A DNA stretch of 64,000 nt from Anaerolineae bacterium. Its GTDB lineage: Bacteria; Chloroflexota; Anaerolineae; UBA7937; B3-Chlor. Every line of letters begins with the position of its first letter. Within the stretch, counting starts at the first letter, position 1. The notes beneath the pieces were generated by a model that was given only the letters and a program-made list of their open reading frames with translations, was not told the origin of the DNA and made no database searches. The translations under genes were made by a program, and so were the position numbers. Positions 9,263-17,943 of this stretch are shown here, piece by piece. The stretch covers positions 3,965 through 67,964 of the forward strand of contig DAOUME010000022.1 of NCBI GenBank assembly GCA_034411995.1, given 5' to 3'.

Positions 9263-10663
9263 TCAGATGGCAGCCTTGTCTCGGAAGAATGTGAAGAACG
9301 TCTTGATAATGATCTTCAGGTCGAACAGGATCGACCAGTTCTCTATGTAGTAAAGGTCGTACTTGGTCCTCGTCACGATGGACGTGTCGCCCCTGAGACC
9401 GTTGACCTGAGCCCAGCCGGTCATCCCTGCCTTTTCCTGGTGCCGCTCGACGTAGCGGGGGATGATCTGCTTGAACTGCTCCACGAACACGGGCCGCTCG
9501 GGCCTGGGTCCTACCAGGCTCATCTCCCCGAGGAAGACGTTGATGAACTGGGGCAACTCATCGAGAGAATAGCGCCTTATGAACGCACCCAGTCTGGTCC
9601 GTCGCGGATCGCCCTTGACGGCCCACACTGGTCCTGTGTCGTTCTCCGCTCCCTCCTTCATCGATCTGAACTTGATCATCCGGAACGGCTTCTCGTCCAG
9701 TCCCATGCGCTCCTGGGTGTAGAAGGCAGATCCCGGAGAATCGAGCTTGATGAGCAGTGCGACGAGCACCATTAGCGGCGAAAGTATGACCAGGCCCACA
9801 GCGCTGCCGGTGATGTCCATGGCCCGCTTGAGAGTCAGTCTCCAGCCCCTGAGCACGGTATCCCTCACCGTCAGCAGCGGCAGGCCGCCCAGATGGCCAA
9901 TGCTCAGATCGGACGTGATGAGCTGGAACGCACTGGGATAGACCCTGGTGGCCACCCTCGCTCGGTGGCAATCGGAGATGATGGGCAAGATCTCACGGCT
10001 GGCCGCGTCCGGCAGGGCAATGATCACCTCATCGATGCGCTCCGAGCGTATCAAGGAAAGCAGCTCGTCAGTGGTTCCCAGAGTCGGGACTCCAAGGTCC
10101 ACACTCTGCTGCGAAGCCTGGCTCACCATCCCCACTACCGCGTACCCCAGGCCGGGCAGCCTGCGCATAGCCTGCAATACCATGCGCCCGGTCTCTCCCG
10201 TGCCCACGATGAGCACCCTGGCCCCGCCGACACCTCTGCTCTGGAGGCTCCATATCAAGCGGCTGTAAACCAACCGACCGAGCGTCACCAGGACGATGGT
10301 CAGCAACCAGCAGAAGACGATCATCCGCCTCGAGTAGTCGGGCCCGTTCCTGATGAGAAACGAGTTGGCCGCCACGGAGATGATGGTCCCCACAGAGACG
10401 GCCACGAAGACGGAGTAGAACTCATCCACGTGAGACAAGCCCCGCTGCCGGTGGTACAACCTGGAGAAGAAAAACACCGAGACCAGGGTCAGCACCTGGA
10501 TGACGATCACACTCGCGTAACCCCGCAAAGAGCCGAGTTCGGCCGGGGTCAGCCGCTCGGTCCACAGCCTCAGGTAGTAGGTGAAGACGAAGGCCAGGAC
10601 CATCATCGCCATGTCGATGATCACCAGGAGTCCTGCGAACAGCACCGCGCTCTTGCCCTTCAC
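9263..10663 (-). CDS. polyprenyl glycosylphosphotransferase (WbaP/EpsB-type priming sugar transferase)
   Basis: Bacterial sugar transferase motifs PRPERPVFVEQF, GMTGWAQVNG, KYDLYYIENWS; N-terminal TM helices; GTG 10663 after GGAGG. Confidence 0.85.
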   Translation of the reverse strand: MKGKSAVLFAGLLVIIDMAMMVLAFVFTYYLRLWTERLTPAELGSLRGYASVIVIQVLTLVSVFFFSRLYHRQRGLSHVDEFYSVFVAVSVGTIISVAANSFLIRNGPDYSRRMIVFCWLLTIVLVTLGRLVYSRLIWSLQSRGVGGARVLIVGTGETGRMVLQAMRRLPGLGYAVVGMVSQASQQSVDLGVPTLGTTDELLSLIRSERIDEVIIALPDAASREILPIISDCHRARVATRVYPSAFQLITSDLSIGHLGGLPLLTVRDTVLRGWRLTLKRAMDITGSAVGLVILSPLMVLVALLIKLDSPGSAFYTQERMGLDEKPFRMIKFRSMKEGAENDTGPVWAVKGDPRRTRLGAFIRRYSLDELPQFINVFLGEMSLVGPRPERPVFVEQFKQIIPRYVERHQEKAGMTGWAQVNGLRGDTSIVTRTKYDLYYIENWSILFDLKIIIKTFFTFFRDKAAI

Positions 10664-10665
10664 CA

Positions 10666-11556
10666 CTAAGCCTCCGCAGCCGTCTGTTCTCCCTCCAGGC
10701 GCACCATCTCTCGCAGCATCCTCCTCCCGCCGCGCAACGCCAGCCCTCCGAGAACCAGATAGTGAGCCCACGACGGAGTCGTTTCGGCATAATGCTTGCG
10801 ATAGAAGATGTACATCGCGCGCCAGAACTCGTAGTTGGCCTTGTCCCTGTTCTGCTCGCTGGCCTTTCGCTTGTAGTGGAGCACAGTCACTTCGGGATAG
10901 TAATAGACCTTCCAGCCAGCCTGCTTGGCCCGAAGAGCCCAGTCCAAGTCCTCAGCGTACATGAAGTAGGACTCGTCCAGACCGCCCACCTGCTCGATGA
11001 CCTCCCCGCGGACTATCATAAACGCGCCCACCACCGAGTCTACCTCAGCCGTCTCGTCGGGGTCAAGATACGTCAGGTTGTACCGTCCGAAGCGCTTGCT
11101 CTTGGGGAAGAGATGGCTCAAACCGAACAGCTTGTAGAAGGAGTTCTCCACGGTCGGGAAACTGCGCCGGCAAGCCAGGTCCAAACTCCCGTCGGCCAGG
11201 ACCAGCTTGGGGCCCGCCATGCCGGCCTCAGGGTGGGTATCCATGAACTCCAGCATCTGCTCGAGGGCGTGCGGAGGAAGCACTGTGTCGCTGTTCAGCA
11301 AGAGGTAGTAGCGCGCGTGGAAGCGCCGCAACCCCAGGTTGTTCGCGTAGGCGTAGCCACCATTGATCTCACTCTCGATGACGTGCACCTGGGGGAACTC
11401 GTGTCCCACCATGGCACAGCTCCCGTCGCGAGAGCAGTTGTCCACGACCACGGTTTCGAAGGTGAACAAACCTTCGCTCTCGTATACGGACTTCAGGCAA
11501 TCCCGCAGCAGCTCTCGGGTATTCCAGTTGACGATGACGATCGAGAGATCACGCAT
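10666..11556 (-). CDS. family 2 glycosyltransferase
   Basis: [29 protein letters not shown] motifs. Confidence 0.85.
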   Translation of the reverse strand: MRDLSIVIVNWNTRELLRDCLKSVYESEGLFTFETVVVDNCSRDGSCAMVGHEFPQVHVIESEINGGYAYANNLGLRRFHARYYLLLNSDTVLPPHALEQMLEFMDTHPEAGMAGPKLVLADGSLDLACRRSFPTVENSFYKLFGLSHLFPKSKRFGRYNLTYLDPDETAEVDSVVGAFMIVRGEVIEQVGGLDESYFMYAEDLDWALRAKQAGWKVYYYPEVTVLHYKRKASEQNRDKANYEFWRAMYIFYRKHYAETTPSWAHYLVLGGLALRGGRRMLREMVRLEGEQTAAEA

Positions 11557-11625
11557 GGTAAGCTACCGAAGACAGCCGTTCCACTGGGCCCGGCACAGGA
11601 TCATCCAGACGGAGGCACAGAAGCC

Positions 11626-12294
11626 TCACTCGGGGGCCGTATCCTCCCCCCGTTCTCCCACCGCCGATAGCACCCTCTGGAGCATGAGTGGTTCAGGCAC
11701 CATCCCGTCCACGAAGGTGGTCTGGTTGATCACGGTACGCGGCACACCGCGGACTTGATAATTGATTGCCAACTGGGGAAACTCGGTGGCCTCCACCATG
11801 TCTGCGGTAACGTAATCACTCTCCACCGCCATCCTGTGCGTCAGCACGACCGCGCTGGGGCAGTATGGTCAAGTAGGAGTGACGAAAACCTGAAAGTGGA
11901 TCGCTTCATCTATCCCCGCCAGCGCCTTCCTCGTGGCCTCGCACAACCTGGACTGTCCGGAGGAGACCGCCTTGATGGCCTCGATCAAAGAGACGAACTC
12001 GTAACCTGAGGGTATGCCATAGAAACGTACCCCGTAATCCCTCTCACCCACGACGGCGATGGCCGGGATCTTGTCTATGCCATACTCATCGACCTCGTCC
12101 TTGTCCGTGGCGAAATCGTAGATCTCGGCCTCCACCTTGTCGGACAGAGAGGCCAGCTCCTCCACCAGCTCGTGCGTTTCGGCGCAGAAGTCGCATTCCA
12201 AGTTCTGCGTGAACATCAACAGCCGCACCGGGCTCACCAGCTCGGCCAGTTGCTTGCCGACCTCCTTCCTGTCCTCATCCCTCAGCATGGGCAT
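11626..12294 (-). CDS. protein-disulfide oxidoreductase / glutaredoxin-like protein with two thioredoxin folds and in-frame TGA (candidate selenocysteine, U-P-Y-C)
   Basis: Track ORFs 11869..12294 and 11626..11847 are in the same frame, joined by TGA at 11869-11871. The read-through gives FVTPT-U-PYCPSAV...DMVEATEFP...VRGVPRTVI, matching the second CPYC unit of PDO-type proteins. The first unit has CDFC. Confidence 0.65.
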
Positions 12295-12327
12295 GACTTT
12301 CCCTCCTCGTCCAAGGGGACACGGCCC

Positions 12328-13095
12328 TCACCGCCGACTCGCCGCTGGCTTCCTGCCCAGGGCCCAGAAATGGGGCATGAAGAACAGACGCGATCCGTCC
12401 TGGAGAGCCTTCCACGCCCGGTTCCGATACCCCCGCAGTAAGGCTCCGTCGGCGACGTTGTCCAGCGTCTCGAAGATGAAATCCCATTCTGCATCGAACT
12501 CCTCCGAGAGCTGCCGGTCGTCCCAAACAGAGCCGATAATCCCCGCTTGCGCCACCAGCCCGGCGCCCGAGAGAAGCGCCTTCAAGCGCCGGCCGAGGCG
12601 AGGATTCGCCCCCTCGCGGCGCAGCGACTCCTCCATCAGCGGGCCCAGCTCAATGTCTTCTGGATAGTCTATCCGTCCCCCGTAGTCAGGCTCCGTCGTG
12701 GCCAGGACCGCGCCACCCTCCTTGACCACGCGAGCCATCTCCTGCACTACCAACGCCGGGCTCTCCACCCACAACAACAGGTAGCTGCACACCACCAGGT
12801 CGAAGCTCCCGTCTCGGAACGGCAACTGCTGGGCATCTCCCACCAGCCAGTCCACATCCGAGATCCAGGCGGCCGCAAACCTGATCACGGACGGGTCCAG
12901 ATCGAGACCCGTCACCCTCCCTCGGGTTCGCTGCGCGATCTCTGCGGTCACGGCCCCGGTGCCGCAGCCGACGTCGAGCACCCTCTCCGCGCCCCACAGT
13001 CCCGCCTGGCGATAGAGATGAAAACGTGTTTCCTGGGTCCAGTGAGCCTGCCGCTGGAACTGCCGATGCCATTGCTCAACGGTGAGGCTCACCAA
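12328..13095 (-). CDS. class I SAM-dependent methyltransferase
   Basis: Motif I VLDVGCGTG, GLDLD, Methyltransf_11-like spacing; TTG/GTG start. Confidence 0.85.
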   Translation of the reverse strand: MVSLTVEQWHRQFQRQAHWTQETRFHLYRQAGLWGAERVLDVGCGTGAVTAEIAQRTRGRVTGLDLDPSVIRFAAAWISDVDWLVGDAQQLPFRDGSFDLVVCSYLLLWVESPALVVQEMARVVKEGGAVLATTEPDYGGRIDYPEDIELGPLMEESLRREGANPRLGRRLKALLSGAGLVAQAGIIGSVWDDRQLSEEFDAEWDFIFETLDNVADGALLRGYRNRAWKALQDGSRLFFMPHFWALGRKPAASRR

Positions 13096-13158
13096 TGTCG
13101 CTCCATCCTGCCTGCCGATGGCCCCCGTACGGAAGAGCCGATGATCACGAAGAGCGAT

Positions 13159-14532
13159 CTAGACCGCGGTTGACGTGCTCTCGACGCACAGGGCACCCTG
13201 GTTCTTCAGGTACAGGGGGCACCCACCACCACACAGCGGCAGCTCATCGCAGGAACGACATTTCTCCATCACCCAGTCCCTGTTCCTGAGACTCACCGCC
13301 TCCTCATGATTCCAGATGGAACCCCAGTCGTCTCGAAGTATGTTCCCCAGGCTCGAATAGTAGCTCTGGCAGGGAATGACGTCCCCGTTGGGCTCGACGC
13401 ACATGTTGTACCTGGCGGCCGTACAGAACTTGGCTCCCAACTCCAGATCCACCGGATGGAACTCACAATACTGCGTCGGCGTGTACCAGATGAGCCTCAT
13501 CCCCTCAGCGATCGCCTTGTCGCGCACCCTGACCATGAGACCTTCCAGCTCTGTTTCCAGGATGCCGATGCCGCTGGAGGGCCCCTTCCCAGAATAGATG
13601 AGACTGTTGCAGGCAAAGGTCTCGATCCCCAGCTCCTTCAGGAACTCTATGGTCCGCTCGAACTGCGGAGCGTTCAGAGTGGTCAGCGTGCTATTGGTGA
13701 TCGTATAGACGTCCGTGGCGACCGCGTTCTTGATGCCCTGCACCGTCTGCTTCCAGACCTCTGCCCCCACCATCCGGTTGTGGATCGCCTCGTCGTGAGA
13801 CTCCAGCGTGATCTGAATGTGGTCCAACCCCGCGTCCACCAGCTCTTCAAGGTACCCTTCGTCCGCCAGCTTGATGCCGTTGGTTAGCAGACCAGCGACC
13901 AGCCCCACGTCCTCGGCGTGCCGAACCAGCTCGACCAGGTCGGGGTACAGGGTCGCCTCTCCCCCGGTGAAGACCACGTGCGGTATGCCCAGGTCCCACA
14001 GCTTGTCGATAACCTGTTTCCACTCCGCCGTGGTCAGGCTCTCCATATCCCTGGGGCGGCCAACGTAGCAGTGCCCGCAGTCAGCGTTGCACCTGTAGGT
14101 GAGCGCCAGGTCCATACGGTAGGGCGCCGAGACAGGTGTGTTGAAGGGTTCGATCCTCTGTACGTCCAGATACGAGATGGGGCACACGTTGTCGGTGGTA
14201 GCCAGGGTGAAGATGGTGTCTTTCAGGTGCTCGTAATCCTCGCGCAGCCTGGCCGTCGACGCTTTGTAACGCCTCTTCAGCTCTCTGACCGCCTCATCTG
14301 TGTCTTTGCCCTCGACGAGCAGCTTGGCATGCTCGGTGGCCGTCTTGTTGAGGTGCAAGACCTTCGCGGCGTTGACCACCAGGATACCCTCGCCGTTATC
14401 CTCCACCCGCAAATGGATCCGGAATCGCTGGTCAGCACCATCCGGAGTCATGTAATGGAACATGCCCTTCTCCAAGGGTTCGGGTGCCGTAGGAAAGAAG
14501 GTGTCCTTCAAAGACCGCCAAACGCTCATCAC
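13159..14532 (-). CDS. radical SAM/SPASM domain enzyme with N-terminal PqqD/RRE-like extension
   Basis: CNADCGHCY (CxxxCxxC); C-terminal Cys clusters CTAARYNMCVEPNGDVIPC and CRSCDELPLCGGGCP; about 140 aa N-terminal extension (ILVVNAAKVLHLNKTATEHAKLLVEGKDTDEAVRELKRRY). Confidence 0.8.
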   Translation of the reverse strand: MMSVWRSLKDTFFPTAPEPLEKGMFHYMTPDGADQRFRIHLRVEDNGEGILVVNAAKVLHLNKTATEHAKLLVEGKDTDEAVRELKRRYKASTARLREDYEHLKDTIFTLATTDNVCPISYLDVQRIEPFNTPVSAPYRMDLALTYRCNADCGHCYVGRPRDMESLTTAEWKQVIDKLWDLGIPHVVFTGGEATLYPDLVELVRHAEDVGLVAGLLTNGIKLADEGYLEELVDAGLDHIQITLESHDEAIHNRMVGAEVWKQTVQGIKNAVATDVYTITNSTLTTLNAPQFERTIEFLKELGIETFACNSLIYSGKGPSSGIGILETELEGLMVRVRDKAIAEGMRLIWYTPTQYCEFHPVDLELGAKFCTAARYNMCVEPNGDVIPCQSYYSSLGNILRDDWGSIWNHEEAVSLRNRDWVMEKCRSCDELPLCGGGCPLYLKNQGALCVESTSTAV

Positions 14533-14637
14533 ACGCCCTCCGCCCGTTTTCTAGAATGTCGCAGCGCCCTCGTCACTCCGCGACCCCGACGGTGCCCTGG
14601 CCCGTCGACATCGTGCGCGCATCCCTCTACTTCCGCT

Positions 14638-14666
14638 AGTATACCATAGAGGATAGTCTCAAGCAA
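14638..14666 (-). promoter_or_regulatory. candidate promoter of the radical SAM operon
   Basis: On the minus strand TTGCTT (14666-14661), 17-nt spacer, TGgTATACT (-10 at 14643-14638). Confidence 0.4.
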
Positions 14667-14700
14667 AAGAGGCCGCCTCAACAGAGACTGAGGCGGCCTC
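14661..14700 (-). terminator. intrinsic terminator of the SIMPL gene
   Basis: Perfect 12-bp stem GAGGCCGCCTCA/TGAGGCGGCCTC (14669-14700) followed on the minus strand by TTTTGCTT. Confidence 0.7.
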
Positions 14701-14737
14701 CGATGTTTCCCGCGAGCGCGTTGCTCCAGGGAGACTA

Positions 14738-15478
14738 TTAGCGAATGTCGAAGGTGACCTGGACCTGCACCGAGACCTCCAACTGGCCCGGCTGCACCGG
14801 CGCCGCACCTCCGCCTATCGCTCTCTCCGCGGTAGCGTAGATCGGCTCCAGATAGTACGGTGGCGACTCCGTGAAGGATTCGTTGATGTACCGGGGTCTC
14901 CCCAGCCCTACACCAGCCAACTGAGCCAGCGCCTCTGCCTTGTCTCGCGCCTGAGCCATCGCGTCGGCCCTGGCCTCTTCACGTAGCGCTGTGGGATCAT
15001 CGAACGTGAACCGGATGCCGTAGATGTTATTGGCTCCCGCCCCGGTCGCCGCATCCAGTACGTCTCCCGCCTTGTCTACCTCTCGCAGTTTCACCACCAC
15101 GGAGTTGTCGACCACGTAGCCGATGACCCGCTGCTCGTCGTCCTCCCAGTCGATCTCAGCCCGGACGCTGTAATCCACCGTCTGGACGTCCTCCTCAGCG
15201 ACTCCCAGCTCCAGGATCGCAGCCATCACGTCGGCCATCCGCTCGTCGTTCTCCGCGGCCGCCGCCCGGGCTTCTGCATTCCTCGTCTCCACCCCGATGG
15301 TGATCATGGCCAGATCTGGTTTCGCCGTCGCTTTTCCCTGGGCCATGACTGTGATGCCGGTCGGCTCTGTCACACCGCCCGACGGGCTAGGCACCGCCAC
15401 CACCATCAACTGAAGCACCAGCACGACAGCCACTAGGACCAGGCCCACTGCACCCACGACGATACCTGCTTTGGACAT
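14738..15478 (-). CDS. SIMPL (DUF541) domain secreted/membrane-anchored protein
   Basis: N-terminal TM/signal helix; DUF541-like pattern ITVMAQGKATAKPDLAMITIGVE...VSVQVQVTFDI. Confidence 0.75.
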   Translation of the reverse strand: MSKAGIVVGAVGLVLVAVVLVLQLMVVAVPSPSGGVTEPTGITVMAQGKATAKPDLAMITIGVETRNAEARAAAAENDERMADVMAAILELGVAEEDVQTVDYSVRAEIDWEDDEQRVIGYVVDNSVVVKLREVDKAGDVLDAATGAGANNIYGIRFTFDDPTALREEARADAMAQARDKAEALAQLAGVGLGRPRYINESFTESPPYYLEPIYATAERAIGGGAAPVQPGQLEVSVQVQVTFDIR

Positions 15479-15621
15479 CTCGACTTGCCCTCCTTACAGA
15501 CTTGGTCTGATCGCGCCCCAAAAGCGCGTCTCTCTCAGCATGTAGACGACGCGGAGAGGAAGAAGGTTCCCCAGCCCCAGGGAGGAGCGAGAAACAAGAG
15601 CGGAGGCTAGCACCATACCAC

Positions 15622-15648
15622 AAAAAAGGCCCCAGCTCACGCCGGGGC
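15622..15648 (-). terminator. intrinsic terminator after tRNA-Leu
   Basis: 8-bp stem GCCCCGGC/GCUGGGGC (its G-U pair works only on the minus-strand RNA), GUGA loop, then CUUUUUUG. Confidence 0.6.
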
Positions 15649-15660
15649 TCCCATGCTCAG

Positions 15661-15744
15661 TGCCGAGAAAGGGACTCGAACCCTTACGGGGTTACCCCCA
15701 CTGCGCCCTGAACGCAGCGCGTCTACCTGTTCCGCCACCTCGGC
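15661..15744 (-). tRNA. tRNA-Leu (anticodon CAG), class II with long variable arm, no encoded CCA
   Basis: Hand-folded cloverleaf: acceptor GCCGAGG/UCUCGGC, anticodon stem CUGCG/CGCAG with loop UUCAGGG, variable arm GGGG-UAA-CCCC, T arm AAGGG-UUCGAGU-CCCUU, discriminator A. Confidence 0.9.
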
Positions 15745-15789
15745 ACGGCACCTGAAGCCAGTATATACTCACTGGACCCGTTTGTCAAG

Positions 15790-17442
15790 TCATTCCTGCG
15801 GCTCCTCGCTGACCACCATTCTCCGGGTCTTGATGTACCACTGGCTGACGGTACGGAAGCGATCGCTGGGGTCGACGAGGGGACTCAACTGCACGCCGTT
15901 CACCATCTCGTCGACCGCGTAGTTGTACACCGGGTAGTAGAGCAGCAAGGCCGGCACCTCGTCGGCGAATAGATCCTGGAAGTCCCGGTACAGTTCGGCT
16001 CGTTCGGCTTGATCGGTGCTCTGGCGGCCCTGCTCCAGGAGCTGGTCGATGTCCACGTTGTTTAGGCCGCCATAGTTCTGCCCCTCCCCACCAATCTGCG
16101 TCGAGTGCCACATCAAGTAGGGGTCAGGATCGCTGGGCAGATTGCCCCAACTGAACAACAGCGCATCGAAGTTGCGGGGTCGAAGGGCCTCGTTCACCAC
16201 CCAGGCGCTGTCTTCCACGACGGGCACTACTCTGACTCCCACCTCCCACAGTTGGCGGGCGATCTCTTCGATGATCTGTCGACGCAGAGGGTCCTTGTTG
16301 GTAAGCAGGTTGAACTCCAGCCTGACCTGCTCCTTCTCGCGAACACCGTCATGATCGCTGTCCACCCAGCCGGCCTCCGTCAGCAATTCAGCGGCCTTGC
16401 CCGGATCGTAGGTGTACTGGTGGACATCGTGGTTGTACGCCCAGGAGTCAGGCATGATCGGGGTGTGGGCCACGATGCCCTGCCCGTCGAGGATGCTATC
16501 GATGATACCCTGGCGGTCGATGCCCCACAGCAACGCCTGCCGCACCTCCTTGTCTTCGAAGATGGGCAGGTCGAGATTGAGAAAGATCAACGTGTAGCCG
16601 GACAGACGCGCGGTGTACAGGTTCAGGTACTCCTCCTCCCGCACCTTGGGCAGGTCCTCCGGCAAGACCTCGCTGATGCCCTCCACCTCGCCTTGCTGAT
16701 AGGCGGTGAAGATGCTCTGGTTGTCCGGATAGAACTTGAACTCGATCTTCGAGAGGAGAGGTTGCTCGCCGTAGTAGTCCGGGTTGGCCTCCAGGATCAC
16801 GTAGTCGGTGCTGACCTCACTGATCTTGAACATGCCCGTCCCCACGGGGCGCACGCTGAACTGATCTCCCGGCAGGTCGCCGGCCGGAACGCTGGCCAGC
16901 ACGTGCTCCGGAAGCATGCCCACCGTCGTGTAATCCAGGAACGTGGCCAGCGGGGCCTGCAAGGTGAACGTGACGGTGTAGTCGTTGATCTTCTCGGCGA
17001 CCACCGTGCGCCACAGCTCGGCCAGTTCAGGTGGGCCCTGGTAGTCCTCATCCTGCATGGCGCTTACCGTGAACAGCACGTCATCTGCCGTGAACGCCTC
17101 CCCATCGTGCCAGACCACGTCCCTGCGCAGATAAAAGGTGTACACCAGGCCATCGTCAGACAAGTCCCAGTCCCTGGCCAGAGCAGGCACGATCTCGCCA
17201 CGCTCGTTGAGGTCGGTGAGACCCGAGAAGATGAGGGAGACCAGATCGGTGTCGACCTGGTTGTACTGACAGAGGATGGGGTTGATGTAGCTGGGGCGTC
17301 CGGCGACGCCCTCCACGTAGGTGCCACCGGCGTCAGGGACGACCACGGTGGTGGTGGTGTACGCGACATACCACAGGAGCAGAATGATCAGCGCCACGCC
17401 TACGATGGCGATGACAGCTTGCCAGCGGATATGTCTCGTCAA
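15790..17442 (-). CDS. ABC transporter substrate-binding protein, family 5 (OppA/DppA-like)
   Basis: 550 aa, N-terminal TM anchor, SBP_bac_5-like sequence (LARDWDLSDDGLVYTFYLRRDVVWHDGEAFTADDV). Confidence 0.85.
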   Translation of the reverse strand: MTRHIRWQAVIAIVGVALIILLLWYVAYTTTTVVVPDAGGTYVEGVAGRPSYINPILCQYNQVDTDLVSLIFSGLTDLNERGEIVPALARDWDLSDDGLVYTFYLRRDVVWHDGEAFTADDVLFTVSAMQDEDYQGPPELAELWRTVVAEKINDYTVTFTLQAPLATFLDYTTVGMLPEHVLASVPAGDLPGDQFSVRPVGTGMFKISEVSTDYVILEANPDYYGEQPLLSKIEFKFYPDNQSIFTAYQQGEVEGISEVLPEDLPKVREEEYLNLYTARLSGYTLIFLNLDLPIFEDKEVRQALLWGIDRQGIIDSILDGQGIVAHTPIMPDSWAYNHDVHQYTYDPGKAAELLTEAGWVDSDHDGVREKEQVRLEFNLLTNKDPLRRQIIEEIARQLWEVGVRVVPVVEDSAWVVNEALRPRNFDALLFSWGNLPSDPDPYLMWHSTQIGGEGQNYGGLNNVDIDQLLEQGRQSTDQAERAELYRDFQDLFADEVPALLLYYPVYNYAVDEMVNGVQLSPLVDPSDRFRTVSQWYIKTRRMVVSEEPQE

Positions 17443-17501
17443 GGGAAGAATCAGGCTCCTTCCAGAGGTCTAGGGCGAAGGTCTGCCCCTACACCGGGGC
17501 T

Positions 17502-17726
17502 TTACGGCTTGACAAGAACCGAGGCCAGCGAGAAGACGAAGAAGACAACCGTCAGGACGATGGTGAGGTTGAACAACGTCTTCTCTGCACCGCGGCGCGT
17601 CTTGTAGATCCCGGCGTCAGTGCCCCCGAAGATGCCCCCCAGGCCCTGACCTTTGACCTGGAGAAGAACGGCCACGATGAGACAGGTCGAGATTATGATC
17701 TGCACGATTTGCAAGTAGCCAAGCAC
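17502..17726 (-). CDS. secG: preprotein translocase subunit SecG
   Basis: 74 aa, two TM helices, VLLQVKGQGLGGIFGG motif. Confidence 0.85.
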   Translation of the reverse strand: MLGYLQIVQIIISTCLIVAVLLQVKGQGLGGIFGGTDAGIYKTRRGAEKTLFNLTIVLTVVFFVFSLASVLVKP

Positions 17727-17803
17727 TTGACCACCTCCAGACTTCCTACATTATAGCATCCCACCCGTCCACCTGTCAAACTCCGCCCACAGGAGGTTGT
17801 CAT

Positions 17804-17832
17804 GTAGGGGCGACCCGGCGGGTCGACCCTAC
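17804..17832. repeat. REP-like palindrome of the GTAGGGGC...GCCCCTAC family
   Basis: GTAGGGGCGACCCGGCGGGTCGACCCTAC in the secG-lepA intergenic region. Confidence 0.7.
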
Positions 17833-17857
17833 TCTTACCATACCCTCCAGCACCGTC

Positions 17858-17886
17858 TTTCAGTTTGGGGTCGATTCAAGTATAAT
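17858..17886 (+). promoter_or_regulatory. candidate lepA promoter
   Basis: TTTCAG (17858-17863), 17-nt spacer, TATAAT (17881-17886). Confidence 0.35.
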
Positions 17887-17943
17887 GAATCGAAGCCAAC
17901 GTAAAGACACTACCAGTGCCCTGCGAGCACTCTCTCCCCGGCC

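Noticed and set aside
11869-11871. TGA read as a true stop (split gene or pseudogene), or as an alternative genetic code
   Set aside because: The stop falls exactly on the conserved redox Cys, and conservation continues undisturbed in frame downstream. Other genes here terminate with TGA, which argues against reassignment. A pseudogene remains possible and is listed as the refuting outcome.
14533-14637. Mini-ORFs (MRARCRRARAPSGSRSDEGAATF and MSTGQGTVGVAE) in the radical SAM leader, considered as RiPP precursors
   Set aside because: There is no RBS at proper spacing and no Cys/Ser/Thr-rich core or leader-like features. They are most likely chance ORFs in GC-rich sequence.
15653-15922. 89-aa plus-strand ORF
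   Set aside because: It lies over the tRNA-Leu gene and the 3' end of the SBP gene.
16105-17607. 500-aa plus-strand ORF; similar long antisense ORFs at 8046..9068, 5928..6851, 18628..19557, 19155..20327, 39939..41228, 40525..41568, 46832..48118, 60658..61332 and 61458..62369
   Set aside because: Each overlaps a gene with clear family motifs on the other strand or frame. Their sequences are dominated by Arg, Gly, Pro, His and Asp/Gln/Val runs, consistent with high-GC shadow ORFs.
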